This document shows, one piece after another, positions 48,982 through 58,873 of a stretch of 64,000 nucleotides of DNA. A program made the position numbers and the translations under genes. Every line of letters begins with the position of its first letter. Position 1 is the stretch's first letter. The notes under the pieces were generated by a model, which was given only the letters and a program-made list of their open reading frames with translations, ran no database searches and was not told the origin of the DNA. Source of the DNA: Candidatus Latescibacterota bacterium (lineage in GTDB: Bacteria; Latescibacterota; UBA2968); assembly GCA_965222605.1 (NCBI GenBank), contig OZ244960.1:5856001-5920000 (forward strand), read 5' to 3'.

Positions 48982-49010
48982 AATTTACGGGAAGTGAACA
49001 TATATGTCAA
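48982..49010 (-). promoter_or_regulatory. Sigma70-type promoter for the tRNA-like element and helicase
   Basis: Minus strand TTGACA-N17-TAAATT. Confidence 0.6.
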
Positions 49011-49147
49011 GCGCAATTTTTGACATCATTTTGTTCTGGACCTCGCACGAGTTGGGGCTTGGAAATGTTGAGCCGGATTGCTAATATAGAGATTGAAAAA
49101 TTAAATTGACCCACCTCCGCATTTCACCGCACTTTTCAGGAGAGCAA

Positions 49148-49885
49148 ATGTCTCAATCCTATAAATTAACACCGGAAGACGTGCAATTCTTTCACGACGA
49201 AGGTTATCTGGGGCCATATACGATGCATTCGCCGGAAGAAATGGATGAAATTCGGCCTGTTGTTGAGCATGAGATTTTTGAATCCGAAGGTCCGTTTCAC
49301 GTCAGTCGGCAAAAATCGCGGCATCTCGACAACCGAACCATCTACGATTTGTGTACACATCCGACCATTATGGATCGGGTGGAAGGGATTCTCGGCCCGG
49401 ATATTGTGCTCTGGCAATCCAACTTTTTTAACAAAAATCCCGGTGCCAAAGAAATTCCCTGGCATCAGGATATGAATTTCTGGTCCAACGAAATAGAACC
49501 GGGTATTAATGTCTCTGCCTGGTTGGCCATTGACGATACAGATGTCACCAATAGCTGTGTCCAACTCATGCCGGGATCGCACCGGAAAATGGTTCCGCAC
49601 ATTAAAGCCACGCCTGAACAGGCTTTTCGCGAACAGGGCGACCCCGATCACATCGGCATTGACCCTGAGCGAGTTGTCAAAATGGAAATGAGAGCCGGGC
49701 AATTCTTTCTTTTTACCGAGCGCATGCTCCACTACTCAGCGGCCAATACGTCTGATCGCCGTCGCCTGGGATTGACTATACGTATTACTATTCCGATTGT
49801 GCGATGTTACAAGACGCATCACGTTCATCTGGTGCGCGGTGAGGATCGGATGGGATTTAATTTGTATGGAGATGCGCCGGAATAA
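49148..49885 (+). CDS. PhyH family Fe(II)/2OG oxygenase
   Basis: FFNK, PWHQD (HxD), WLAIDD, PGSH, LHYS..N...R. Confidence 0.9.
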   Translation: MSQSYKLTPEDVQFFHDEGYLGPYTMHSPEEMDEIRPVVEHEIFESEGPFHVSRQKSRHLDNRTIYDLCTHPTIMDRVEGILGPDIVLWQSNFFNKNPGAKEIPWHQDMNFWSNEIEPGINVSAWLAIDDTDVTNSCVQLMPGSHRKMVPHIKATPEQAFREQGDPDHIGIDPERVVKMEMRAGQFFLFTERMLHYSAANTSDRRRLGLTIRITIPIVRCYKTHHVHLVRGEDRMGFNLYGDAPE

Positions 49886-49931
49886 TATTTACTCAATCTG
49901 TATTGTATATCCTGAAAATTAAAGGTCTAAT

Positions 49932-51686
49932 ATGCAGAATATTCTGAGGTTGATGGGTTATATGCGGCCCTATTGGAAGCAGGCGACTATCGGGCCTCTG
50001 ATGAAATTGATCGAGGTGGGGCTGGAGTTGATGCAACCCCGGTTGGTGCAGCGGATTGTAGATGAGGGAATTGCCAGGGGAGACCTGGATCTGGTGATTG
50101 AGACCGGTTTGTGGATGCTCGGCCTGGCCATTGGGGGCGTTTTATTCGGGATTGGCAATGCCTGGTATGGCGTGTGGGTGGCGCAGCGGGTGGAGACCGA
50201 TGTTCGCAGTGCACTTTTTGGCAAAATTCAGTCGCTTTCGTTTGGCAATCTGGATAAACTGTCAACGGGACATCTGATTACACGGCTGACCAATGATGTG
50301 CGGCAGGTGGGAGAGGTGGCGCGTTTGTTATTGCGCATTCTGTCGCGCATGCCCATGGCGATGGTGGGTGGTCTGGTGATGGCGATTGTGACCAGTCCCC
50401 GCCTGGGCTTGATGTTTATTGGGCTGGTGCCTGTGATTTTGGGGACTCTGGTTCTGGTGTTTCGAAAAGCCAATGCGATGTTTGGCGAGGTGCAGAATCG
50501 CCTGGATCGGGTGAATCAAGTGACGCAGGAAAACCTGGCTGGCGTGCGCGTGGCAAAGGCTTTTTTGAGAGCCGACCACGAAATTGAACGGTTTGGAACG
50601 GCTAATAACAGGTTGATGGAACAGACGATTCGGGTGACGCAGCTGGTGGCTCTGGTGATGCCGTTTATGATGCTGATACTGAATCTGGGTGTGGTGGCGG
50701 TGATCTGGTTTGGGGGGATTGCTGTGACCCAGGGTGGGATGAAGCTGGGTGAGATTATTGCGTTTATCAATTATTTGTTGCTTTTCCTGCAATCCCTGAT
50801 GATAGGCAGTATGGTGCTTATCCGGATGTCTCGGGCAGAGGCTTCGGCCGAGCGCATTGTCGAGGTGTTGAATAGCGAGCCTGAGTTACAGGATCGGACG
50901 GATGCGAAGAGCGATGTGGTGTTGGAGGGGCAGGTCGCGTTTGAAAATGTGACGTTCAGTTATAATAAGACGGCGGATGATCCGGTATTGCGGAATCTGA
51001 ATTTTGTCGCCGAGCCGGGGCAGAAGGTGGCGATTTTGGGATCGACAGGGGCGGGTAAATCGACGCTGGTGAATCTTATCCCGCGGTTTTACGATGTGGA
51101 TGCCGGGCGGGTGATGGTGGATGGGATGGATGTGCGGGATATGGAACAGGGGACACTGCGGCAGCAAATTGGGATGGCGCTCCAGGAGTCGGTCCTGTTT
51201 TCTGGTACGATTCGGCACAATATTCGGTACGGGCGGCCCGATGCGACCGATGAAGAGGTTGAGGCCGCTGCCCGTGCGGCGATGGCGCACGATTTTATTG
51301 TCCAGTTTCCAGATAAGTATGAGACGCTATTAGGCCAGCGCGGCGTGAATTTGTCGGGAGGACAGAGGCAGCGGATAGCGATAGCCCGAGCGTTGATCTC
51401 CCGTCCGAAGGTGTTGATTTTAGACGATAGTACCAGTGCGGTGGATCTGGAGACAGAGGCCAATATCCACGATGCGCTTGAACAGATGGTAGGCTGTACG
51501 AGTTTTCTGGTGGCGCAGCGCATCAGTACAGTGTTGACGGCCGATAAGATTCTGGTGCTGGACGATGGGGTGCTGGTTGCCGAGGGCACGCATCAGGAGT
51601 TGATGAAATCCAGTTCGGTGTATCAAGAGATTTACGATTCACAGCTTGGAGAAGGAAACGGATATGGCGGAAGAGCGCAGGGTTGA
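49932..51686 (+). CDS. Heterodimeric ABC exporter subunit (TM287-like, degenerate Walker B and switch)
   Basis: GSTGAGKS, LSGGQ, ILDD, AQR. Confidence 0.92.
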   Translation: MQNILRLMGYMRPYWKQATIGPLMKLIEVGLELMQPRLVQRIVDEGIARGDLDLVIETGLWMLGLAIGGVLFGIGNAWYGVWVAQRVETDVRSALFGKIQSLSFGNLDKLSTGHLITRLTNDVRQVGEVARLLLRILSRMPMAMVGGLVMAIVTSPRLGLMFIGLVPVILGTLVLVFRKANAMFGEVQNRLDRVNQVTQENLAGVRVAKAFLRADHEIERFGTANNRLMEQTIRVTQLVALVMPFMMLILNLGVVAVIWFGGIAVTQGGMKLGEIIAFINYLLLFLQSLMIGSMVLIRMSRAEASAERIVEVLNSEPELQDRTDAKSDVVLEGQVAFENVTFSYNKTADDPVLRNLNFVAEPGQKVAILGSTGAGKSTLVNLIPRFYDVDAGRVMVDGMDVRDMEQGTLRQQIGMALQESVLFSGTIRHNIRYGRPDATDEEVEAAARAAMAHDFIVQFPDKYETLLGQRGVNLSGGQRQRIAIARALISRPKVLILDDSTSAVDLETEANIHDALEQMVGCTSFLVAQRISTVLTADKILVLDDGVLVAEGTHQELMKSSSVYQEIYDSQLGEGNGYGGRAQG

Positions 51687-53514
51687 TCGGCAGGGCAGTG
51701 GTGAACAACAGGGGCCGGGTGGGATGATGGGACGCCGTCGAATGATGATGATGGTGGGAGACGACGAGCGGGCGCGGGATATGCGGGGGACTGCCCGCCG
51801 TTTGGTGGGGTATATGAGACGCTACAGAAGGACGTTGATCGGGGTGGTGGGGCTGGTGGTGATCACAACGGGGTTGGAGGTAGCAGGTCCGTATTTGATG
51901 GGGCGTGCGATTGATGAGTATATCGCGTCTAACGATTTGCCGGGCCTTTTCCAAATTGCCCTGTTGATGGCAGGGATATATGTGGCTATGGCACTGACGT
52001 CCTGGCTTCAGTCTTTTGTGATGGCGCGGGTATCTCAAAATGCTGTGCGGGATTTGCGTCAGGATCTTTTTAATCGCTTGCAGGTGCTTCCGCTGCGATT
52101 TTTCGATCGGCGTGCCAGTGGCGATCTCATGAGCCGGGTGACCAATGATGTGGATAATATCAGCAGTGTGTTGTCGGAGAGCGTGACACAGTTGATTAGC
52201 AGCGTGTTGACCCTGGCGGGTGTGTCGGCCATGATGTTGTGGATGGATTTGCCACTGGCGTTGATTAGCTTGCTTACCTTTCCGCTGATGGCGTCTTTGA
52301 CTGGGCAGGTTGCCAAACGCGCGCGGCGAGGTTTTCGCGAGCAGCAGGCGGCACTGGGTGCGCTCAATGGAATGATCGAAGAGACGATTGCGGCAGAACA
52401 GGTGGTGAAGGCATACGGGTGCGAACAGGCGTCGATTGAGGCGTTTGAAAAGTTTAATAACAGGTTGAAATATGCCGGTACCCGCGCGCAGTTTTTCGGG
52501 ACGCTGATGCCGCCTCTGACCTTTTTTGTGAACAATATGGGCCTGGTGATTGTGGCTTTTGCTGGTGGCTATATGGCGGTTCAGGGCGATGTGACAATAG
52601 GGGTGATTGCCGCTTTCATCAGTTATGTGCGACAGTTTGGACGGCCTTTGGGGCAGGTTGCCAATTTGTACAATTCGATACAGTCGGCACTGGCCGGGGC
52701 AGAGCGGGTTTTTGAGACTATTGATGAGTTTCCCGAGGTGCCCGATAGTCCGGATGCGGTCGCGTTAGAACAGATTCGGGGCGATGTGGTTTTTGAACAG
52801 GTGTGTTTTGGTTATGAAAAAGATGTGCCGGTGCTCAAAGAGGTGAGTTTGCACGCCAGGCCAGGTGAGAAGATTGCGCTGGTAGGGCCGACGGGAGCGG
52901 GGAAGACGACCATTGTGAATTTGCTGACCCGGTTTTACGATATCGATAGCGGGGCGATCTATATCGATGACCATGAAATTCAGCAGGTGAAACGGGGAGC
53001 GTTGCGCCGACAACTGGGCATTGTGTTGCAGGATACTTTTTTGCTGTCTGATACTGTGCGGGAAAATATCCGTTATGGGAGGTTAGATGCTTCGGATGAG
53101 GAGGTTGTTGACGCGGCGAGATTGGCCAATGCCGATCCCTTTATTCACCGTCTGCCCCAGGGTTATGATACGGTGCTTGCGGAACGCGGCGGCAATTTGA
53201 GCCAGGGGCAGCGGCAGATGCTGGCCATTGCAAGAGCCGCGCTGGCCGATCCGTCGATTCTCATTTTAGATGAGGCGACGTCCAGCGTGGATACGCGGAC
53301 GGAAATGCGGATTCAACAGGCGCTTTTAAGGCTGATGGAGGGGCGAACGAGTTTTATTATTGCCCATCGGTTGAGCACGATTCGCAATGTGGATGAGATT
53401 CTGGTCATTGACGACGGGCAGATTATTGAACGCGGGTCGCATCGGGCGTTGTTGGATGCGGAGGGATTTTATTACAATTTGTATATGAGCCAGTATGATT
53501 ACTCCCAACGGTAG
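51664..53514 (+). CDS. Heterodimeric ABC exporter subunit (TM288-like); last codons come from the IS end
   Basis: GPTGAGKT, LSQGQ, ILDE, AHRL; terminal DYSQR* lies within the IS right end. Confidence 0.92.
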   Translation: MAEERRVDRQGSGEQQGPGGMMGRRRMMMMVGDDERARDMRGTARRLVGYMRRYRRTLIGVVGLVVITTGLEVAGPYLMGRAIDEYIASNDLPGLFQIALLMAGIYVAMALTSWLQSFVMARVSQNAVRDLRQDLFNRLQVLPLRFFDRRASGDLMSRVTNDVDNISSVLSESVTQLISSVLTLAGVSAMMLWMDLPLALISLLTFPLMASLTGQVAKRARRGFREQQAALGALNGMIEETIAAEQVVKAYGCEQASIEAFEKFNNRLKYAGTRAQFFGTLMPPLTFFVNNMGLVIVAFAGGYMAVQGDVTIGVIAAFISYVRQFGRPLGQVANLYNSIQSALAGAERVFETIDEFPEVPDSPDAVALEQIRGDVVFEQVCFGYEKDVPVLKEVSLHARPGEKIALVGPTGAGKTTIVNLLTRFYDIDSGAIYIDDHEIQQVKRGALRRQLGIVLQDTFLLSDTVRENIRYGRLDASDEEVVDAARLANADPFIHRLPQGYDTVLAERGGNLSQGQRQMLAIARAALADPSILILDEATSSVDTRTEMRIQQALLRLMEGRTSFIIAHRLSTIRNVDEILVIDDGQIIERGSHRALLDAEGFYYNLYMSQYDYSQR

Positions 53515-54784
53515 AGCAGTTGGGCTTCTTGGCGGTCAAACCGCCTGACTTTGTAATCCCAAAGTCAATATGTTTATCGCAGCATTGAGGTCTCTGTCTG
53601 CTGTATAGCCACACTTTTTGCAATGATGCACCCTCTGCGAGAGTGCTTTCTTCTCGCGGTATCCACAAGAAGAGCAATCTTGTGACGTGTATTCAGGATC
53701 AACGGCCTTGAATCCAATACCAGCTTCTTCCGCTTTGTATTCGAGACAATGCCGAAACAGTGACCATGCTACGTCTGAGATGCTTTTTGATAAACGACGA
53801 TTCTTTTGCATCTCTTTAGGTTTTAACTTTTCTACGACGACAAAGCCGTATTTATTCACTATCTTTCGAGACTCTTGATGCACAAAATCATTCCGTCTAT
53901 TACGGATACGCTCATGCACTCTGGCAACAGTCTTACGTGCTCTCTCTCGTTTCTTTGGCGATGCTTTTTTCACTTTGTCCCACTTGCGTTGTGCTTTGGC
54001 AAGTGCCTTTTCCTCTTGCCGAAGAAAGCGAGGATTTGCGATCTTTGTCTCGTCAGAAAACATAGCAAAATTATCAAGTCCCACGTCAATACCAACGGCG
54101 GGACCAGCGTCTGTTTTTTCAGGGGCGGCGCCTACTATATCACAAGAGATAGTAGCGAACCACTTGCCCGTGGCTGTGCGCCTGAGCGTGCAAGACTTAG
54201 GCATGCCCTCAAGTGGTCTGTGCTGGACAATGCGAATACAGCCTATTTTGCTCAATCGCAAGCCCTTATCGTCCAATCGGCATCCGTTGGAAAACTGAGG
54301 ATAGGTGATAGAATCATAGCGATTCTGACCCTTGTATCTGGGAAAGCCAGCTTTCTCGCCCGTCTTTGCCCTCTCTTTGAGACGGCGGAAAAATCCTTTG
54401 AACGCCCAATCTACTCTCTGGCATACTTGCTGAAGAACTTGAGAATAGATAAGAGAAAAAGATTTACGCTGTTGTTTCAGCATTGGCAATGTCGCTTGTT
54501 GCTCATAGCGCGATAAACTTTCTTTATTCTTTTCCCATGCTTGGACTCTTGCACAGATAAGTTGATTATACAGCAAGCGACATTCTTCAATGTGCGCCAG
54601 TAGGATTTTCTCTTGTTTTTTCGTTGGACGCAATCTGTATTTGAAGGATTTAAACATAAGTAAAATATACACTTATGCACATATTTTGTCAACCCATTTT
54701 CGTGGAATTAATGGACGAATCTCAATGACTCACCGCCCACATCGCCTTGTGCGATATGCCCACTGCTAAAGCACCACACCATAA
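53495..54784 (-). mobile_element. IS200/IS605-family TnpB-only element, copy 1, left end lost
   Basis: Right end ...GCCCAACTGCTCTACCGTTGGGAGTAATCAT; similarity to copy 2 stops near 54784 before the left-end hairpin. Confidence 0.85.
53536..54657 (-). CDS. tnpB: RNA-guided endonuclease TnpB
   Basis: FKYRLRPT HTH, GFPRYK, GIDVG, VVEKL, TSQDCSSC...CKKC, DRDLNAAINI; RuvC D-E-D intact. Confidence 0.95.
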   Translation of the reverse strand: MFKSFKYRLRPTKKQEKILLAHIEECRLLYNQLICARVQAWEKNKESLSRYEQQATLPMLKQQRKSFSLIYSQVLQQVCQRVDWAFKGFFRRLKERAKTGEKAGFPRYKGQNRYDSITYPQFSNGCRLDDKGLRLSKIGCIRIVQHRPLEGMPKSCTLRRTATGKWFATISCDIVGAAPEKTDAGPAVGIDVGLDNFAMFSDETKIANPRFLRQEEKALAKAQRKWDKVKKASPKKRERARKTVARVHERIRNRRNDFVHQESRKIVNKYGFVVVEKLKPKEMQKNRRLSKSISDVAWSLFRHCLEYKAEEAGIGFKAVDPEYTSQDCSSCGYREKKALSQRVHHCKKCGYTADRDLNAAINILTLGLQSQAV

Positions 54785-54808
54785 GCATGTCCCCGCGAAA
54801 GCAGGGAA

Positions 54809-55237
54809 CCGTGGCATCAGGATATGAATTTCTGGTCCAGTGAAATAGAACCGGGTATCAATGTCTCTGCCTGGTTAGCCATTGACGATACAGATGTTAC
54901 CAACAGTTGCGTTCAGCTTATGCCGGGGTCGCACCGCAAGATGATTCCGCACATTAAAGCCACACCTGAACAGGCTTTTCGCCAACAGGGCGACCCCGAT
55001 CACATCGGTGTTGACCCGGATCGCGTGGTGAAGAAGAAATTGAAAGCCGGGCAATTTTTTCTCTTTACCGAGCGTATGCTCCATTACTCATCGGCAAATA
55101 CTTCTGATCGCCCACGCCTGGGATTGGCCATACGCATTACCATTCCGATTGTGCGGTGTTACAAAAGGCATCACGTTCATCTGGTGCGCGGTGAAGATCG
55201 GATGGGGTTTAATGTGTGTGGAGATGCGCCTGAATGA
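54809..55237 (+). pseudogene. 5'-truncated paralog of the PhyH gene at 49148
   Basis: Starts abruptly at PWHQD and is highly similar to 49457-49885 in DNA and protein; the first 103 codons are absent. Confidence 0.88.
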
Positions 55238-55272
55238 TCGGGATGAGTAAAGGACAAAAAAGGGAGGTTTAC

Positions 55273-55824
55273 ATGTTGAGTAATAGATTGTGGCTGTCTT
55301 GCATCCTGCTTTTTGGGATCGTTGTGATTGCGTCTGATAAAGTCGTGTCTGGTGATGAACCATCCGATAAAGTCACGCTGGATCAGCTTTCCCGCGAGGT
55401 AGATGAGTTATCCCGCAAGGTTGAACATCTATCTCGTAAGGTGGATGAGTTATCCCACAAGGTGGATCAACCATCCGAGAAAGTCACGTCTGGCCGATCA
55501 TCTGAAAAGGTGACGCTTAGAGGCGTTGAAATTCAGTTTCTGGGGAATGGAAAGACTTATGCGCCTTGGAAAGGACAAGTGAAGCTATTTGAAGTTTATG
55601 CCCATGTCAGACATGAAGAGATCGGACGGCTATTTGTTAAAGTGAATGCTGGATTAGATCCGCTTGATGTCGTAGAAGCAATACGAGAGGAAGCAAAAAA
55701 GAAAGGTGGTAATGGAGTTATTCTTGATTCAAGTTTGGGGGTAATGCAGCAGAGTTTGAGTATTGGTGCTCTCGCTGGTATGGGTGTAGATATGACGGTG
55801 AAAGTAATACGAGTTTTTGAATAA
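55273..55824 (+). CDS. Hypothetical exported protein with heptad coiled-coil repeats
   Basis: GGAGG RBS, signal-like N-terminus, VDELSRK-VEHLSRK-VDELSHK repeats, C-terminal EAKKKGGNGVI (YbjQ-like). Confidence 0.7.
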   Translation: MLSNRLWLSCILLFGIVVIASDKVVSGDEPSDKVTLDQLSREVDELSRKVEHLSRKVDELSHKVDQPSEKVTSGRSSEKVTLRGVEIQFLGNGKTYAPWKGQVKLFEVYAHVRHEEIGRLFVKVNAGLDPLDVVEAIREEAKKKGGNGVILDSSLGVMQQSLSIGALAGMGVDMTVKVIRVFE

Positions 55825-55925
55825 AAAAAGGTCTGTGTCTCCCTTGCTAAGAAACGCAGACCCCGCAATAGTTGCTCTGGTGATGTGTGCTACCGCCGAA
55901 GTGATTAGAATGACAGACTGAGCTA

Positions 55926-56168
55926 ATGACTGAAATCCCACGCCATCCAAATAAAGACATTCGCGAAGCGATCTTATACGCTGTATCAAGAGGATGGCGT
56001 ATTGAGAAGGCCGGGCCACGAGCACATATTTGGGGCCGTGCACTTTGTCCAGAACAGAGTCGAGCCGGACATATTTTTAATATTTACTCTACTCCCAGGA
56101 ATCCGACTATCCATGCTCGTAAATTTCAAAGATATGTGGATGCCTGTACACATACACCGAGGAGATGA
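55926..56168 (+). CDS. HicA-like putative toxin
   Basis: HPNKDI..A...A...GWR....AH.WG...C...STPRN pattern; ATGA-coupled to the next gene. Confidence 0.55.
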   Translation: MTEIPRHPNKDIREAILYAVSRGWRIEKAGPRAHIWGRALCPEQSRAGHIFNIYSTPRNPTIHARKFQRYVDACTHTPRR

Positions 56169-56458
56169 AGACGATGCGAGTCTATGAATTTATGCTTACA
56201 CTTGCGACTGAGCCTGATCTGGATACAACGGATCGGCTCTATGGATATTTTGGTGAGGATGGGGAGGCACCTGACAGTGTCCTGGACTTTACACTTGTTA
56301 TACAGTCCGGAACACCGATTGCGAATTGTACCGTAGAAGCTACATCGTTTGAGGCAGCACTGGAATCGGTGTTGCCAAAACTACGCGAGGAGGGGCTTCA
56401 GGTTGTGCGGGTGGAGGTTGACGAGGTGGGGCTGGCACTTCTTCAAGAGGCGATATAA
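56165..56458 (+). CDS. Acidic HicB-like putative antitoxin (no HTH)
   Basis: YEFMLTL...EATSFEAALES...GLQVVRVE pattern; acidic; overlaps the upstream stop. Confidence 0.5.
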   Translation: MKTMRVYEFMLTLATEPDLDTTDRLYGYFGEDGEAPDSVLDFTLVIQSGTPIANCTVEATSFEAALESVLPKLREEGLQVVRVEVDEVGLALLQEAI

Positions 56459-56514
56459 CGGCTTAGATGCCTTACGGATAGACGTTTATCTTTTTTTGAA
56501 AACGGTGAAAATTT

Positions 56515-57522
56515 ATGAAAAAAGCTATACTCCATGGTCCGCGAGACCTTCGCATTGAAGAGCACCCGCTTGATACGAGCGCGCTTGGTGCTGATGAAGT
56601 CTGGGTTGAAACGCAGATCAGCGCGTTTAAAATTGGAACAGATCGGGGCAATTTTGAAGGCGCTGAACGCGTACCGGGTGCGCCGGACTATCCGCGATTC
56701 GTTGGCGACAGCAATCTGGGTATTGTTCGCGGTATTGGAGCTGAGGTCACGCGCTTTGAGGTTGGCGATCGCGTTGTGGCTACTCAACCTCACCAATCTG
56801 AATACATCATAAGCCAGTTTGGTGATATCTTCAAAATACCCCGTGATGTCGATTCTGAAGATGCTGTGTATGCACACCTCTATGCGCTCAGCGCACATTG
56901 TTACCACAAAGCATTATTTAGGCCCGGCGAAAATGTCGCCGTTGTTGGTCTGGGTGTTCTGGGCCTGGGGGCAGTCGCTTTAGGCCCTTTGTTTGGTGCC
57001 CGCGTCGTTGGGCTTGGAAATAGTTCCATCAGGTTAGATATGGCAAAACGAGCAGGTGCGCACGCGGCTTATTTATCAGACGATCCGGACCTTGAAGAGA
57101 AACTATACGTTTTTACAAATGGAGCCAGCATAGACCTGGTTATTCTCACAGCGAATCCCTGGCCGGCTTACAAAACATCTGTTGAAATTGTGCGGCCAAA
57201 TGGTCGGGTCTCTATCGTCAGTCTTATGGGACGGGGCGAACCACCGCTTGATTTTAATCCTCTGGCAATGGAATGGTTTTACGCCAAGGGGATATCTCTG
57301 ATTGCCGTGCATGGAGAAGATGCCCAATTATATCCGCATGCCGATACATCGGGTCATCTCGGTCATTGCAATCACGTCCTTTCTCTTATGGCTGAAAAAA
57401 AACTTCAGCCCAGCCATCTTATTACGCACCGTTTGCATTATACGGAAATGGTCCAGGCTTATGAAATGGCCTATGCGCGTGAAAAATCTATGCTGGGTGT
57501 CATATTCAATTGGCGGGAATAG
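56515..57522 (+). CDS. MDR-family (zinc-binding) dehydrogenase
   Basis: FEVGDRV, VVGLGVLG, LITHR. Confidence 0.85.
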   Translation: MKKAILHGPRDLRIEEHPLDTSALGADEVWVETQISAFKIGTDRGNFEGAERVPGAPDYPRFVGDSNLGIVRGIGAEVTRFEVGDRVVATQPHQSEYIISQFGDIFKIPRDVDSEDAVYAHLYALSAHCYHKALFRPGENVAVVGLGVLGLGAVALGPLFGARVVGLGNSSIRLDMAKRAGAHAAYLSDDPDLEEKLYVFTNGASIDLVILTANPWPAYKTSVEIVRPNGRVSIVSLMGRGEPPLDFNPLAMEWFYAKGISLIAVHGEDAQLYPHADTSGHLGHCNHVLSLMAEKKLQPSHLITHRLHYTEMVQAYEMAYAREKSMLGVIFNWRE

Positions 57523-57525
57523 ATC

Positions 57526-58857
57526 ATGTCACATGATGTCACGAGATCGTTAGAACTGTATAAGAAAGCGGGAGAACGCATTCCAGGTTGGACACAGCTC
57601 ATCAGCCGGAGAGCCGACCGGGTCGCAAATGGCGTTAGTCCTCTCTATGTCGCGCGATCAAAAGGCGCGCGATTTGTCGATGTGGATGGCAATGAATATA
57701 TCGATTGGATTCGCGCTTTGGGGGCTATTATTTTGGGATATGCAGATCCCGTTGTCGATGGCGCTGTTAAAAAGCAGATCGATCGTGGAAGTCTGCATTC
57801 TATGAACAGTGCGCTCGAAATTGAGCTGGCAGATGAATTGATCAATACCATACCGAGTGCTGAAATGGTGCGCTATACCAAGGGGGGAGGGGAAGCCTGT
57901 GCGGTGGCTGCTCGCATTGCTCGGGGTACGACAAATCGAGATGTCATTCTTTTTTGCGGTTATCACGGATGGCACGATTGGTACCAATCGGCAAATTATC
58001 TCGTCGATCCCGAGAGTGGAGAATATCCTTTTGCCGGCATTGAGCCGATTGGTGTGCCGCGTGCTCTGGCGGGAACGGCGATTCCATTTACTTATGGAGA
58101 TCTCGACATGCTCGGCCGTTTGCTGACCGAATATCAAGGCGAGGTTGCCGCGGTTATGATGGAACCCGCCCGATCTGAGTGGCCCGAACAAGGGTATCTC
58201 GAAGGGGTCAAAGAGCTTGCCCACAGGCACGGCGCTCTGCTCATCTTCGACGAAGTCTCCTGCGGTTGGCGCGAGTCTCTGGGCGGTATGCAGAAATATT
58301 TGGGTGTTACGCCAGATATTACGGTGATTGCCAAAGGCATGTCCAATGGTTATCCGATGGGGGCTGTTGTTGGATCGCGGGAAGCGATGGAACCCGCCAA
58401 AGCGATGTTTATTTCCAGTTCGTATTGGAGCGATAATATCGGTCCTGTTGCGGCGCTGACTACCATCCGTGAACTCAAAAGGCGCGATAGCGAGACACAC
58501 CTATCTGAAATGGGCCAAAAAGTAGCTGTGGCGATTGACGAATCCGTCTCATCTGCTGGTCTTTCTGGATCGTGCAAAGGGTTTCCCGCAACGCCTAATC
58601 TGGTGCTCGATTTGCCCGATGAGGCATTGCGCGGCAAGGTTCAGACGCTTTTTATTCAGGAAATGGCCCGCCGAGGTGTACATTGTTATATGGGCTTTGG
58701 TCCTACGCTTGCACATACCGAAGAAGATGTGCGTATTACTGCTGAAGCTGTTGAAGCCTCTTTGCGCGTTATCAAGCAGGGGCTTGAAAATGATTCTATC
58801 GACGACCTGCTCATTTGTGATCTGCACTCGGAACCCTTCCGCCGGATCGTCCGATAA
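57526..58857 (+). CDS. Aminotransferase class III (glutamate-1-semialdehyde aminomutase-like)
   Basis: DVDGNEYID, GYHGWHD, MEP, IFDEV, AKGMSNG. Confidence 0.9.
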   Translation: MSHDVTRSLELYKKAGERIPGWTQLISRRADRVANGVSPLYVARSKGARFVDVDGNEYIDWIRALGAIILGYADPVVDGAVKKQIDRGSLHSMNSALEIELADELINTIPSAEMVRYTKGGGEACAVAARIARGTTNRDVILFCGYHGWHDWYQSANYLVDPESGEYPFAGIEPIGVPRALAGTAIPFTYGDLDMLGRLLTEYQGEVAAVMMEPARSEWPEQGYLEGVKELAHRHGALLIFDEVSCGWRESLGGMQKYLGVTPDITVIAKGMSNGYPMGAVVGSREAMEPAKAMFISSSYWSDNIGPVAALTTIRELKRRDSETHLSEMGQKVAVAIDESVSSAGLSGSCKGFPATPNLVLDLPDEALRGKVQTLFIQEMARRGVHCYMGFGPTLAHTEEDVRITAEAVEASLRVIKQGLENDSIDDLLICDLHSEPFRRIVR

Positions 58858-58873
58858 AGTGGAGGAGAAAAAA

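Noticed and set aside
58535-58873. Long N-terminal extension of the lyase overlapping the aminotransferase
   Set aside because: Artefact of longest-ORF calling; GGAGG plus ATG at 58874 is the plausible start.
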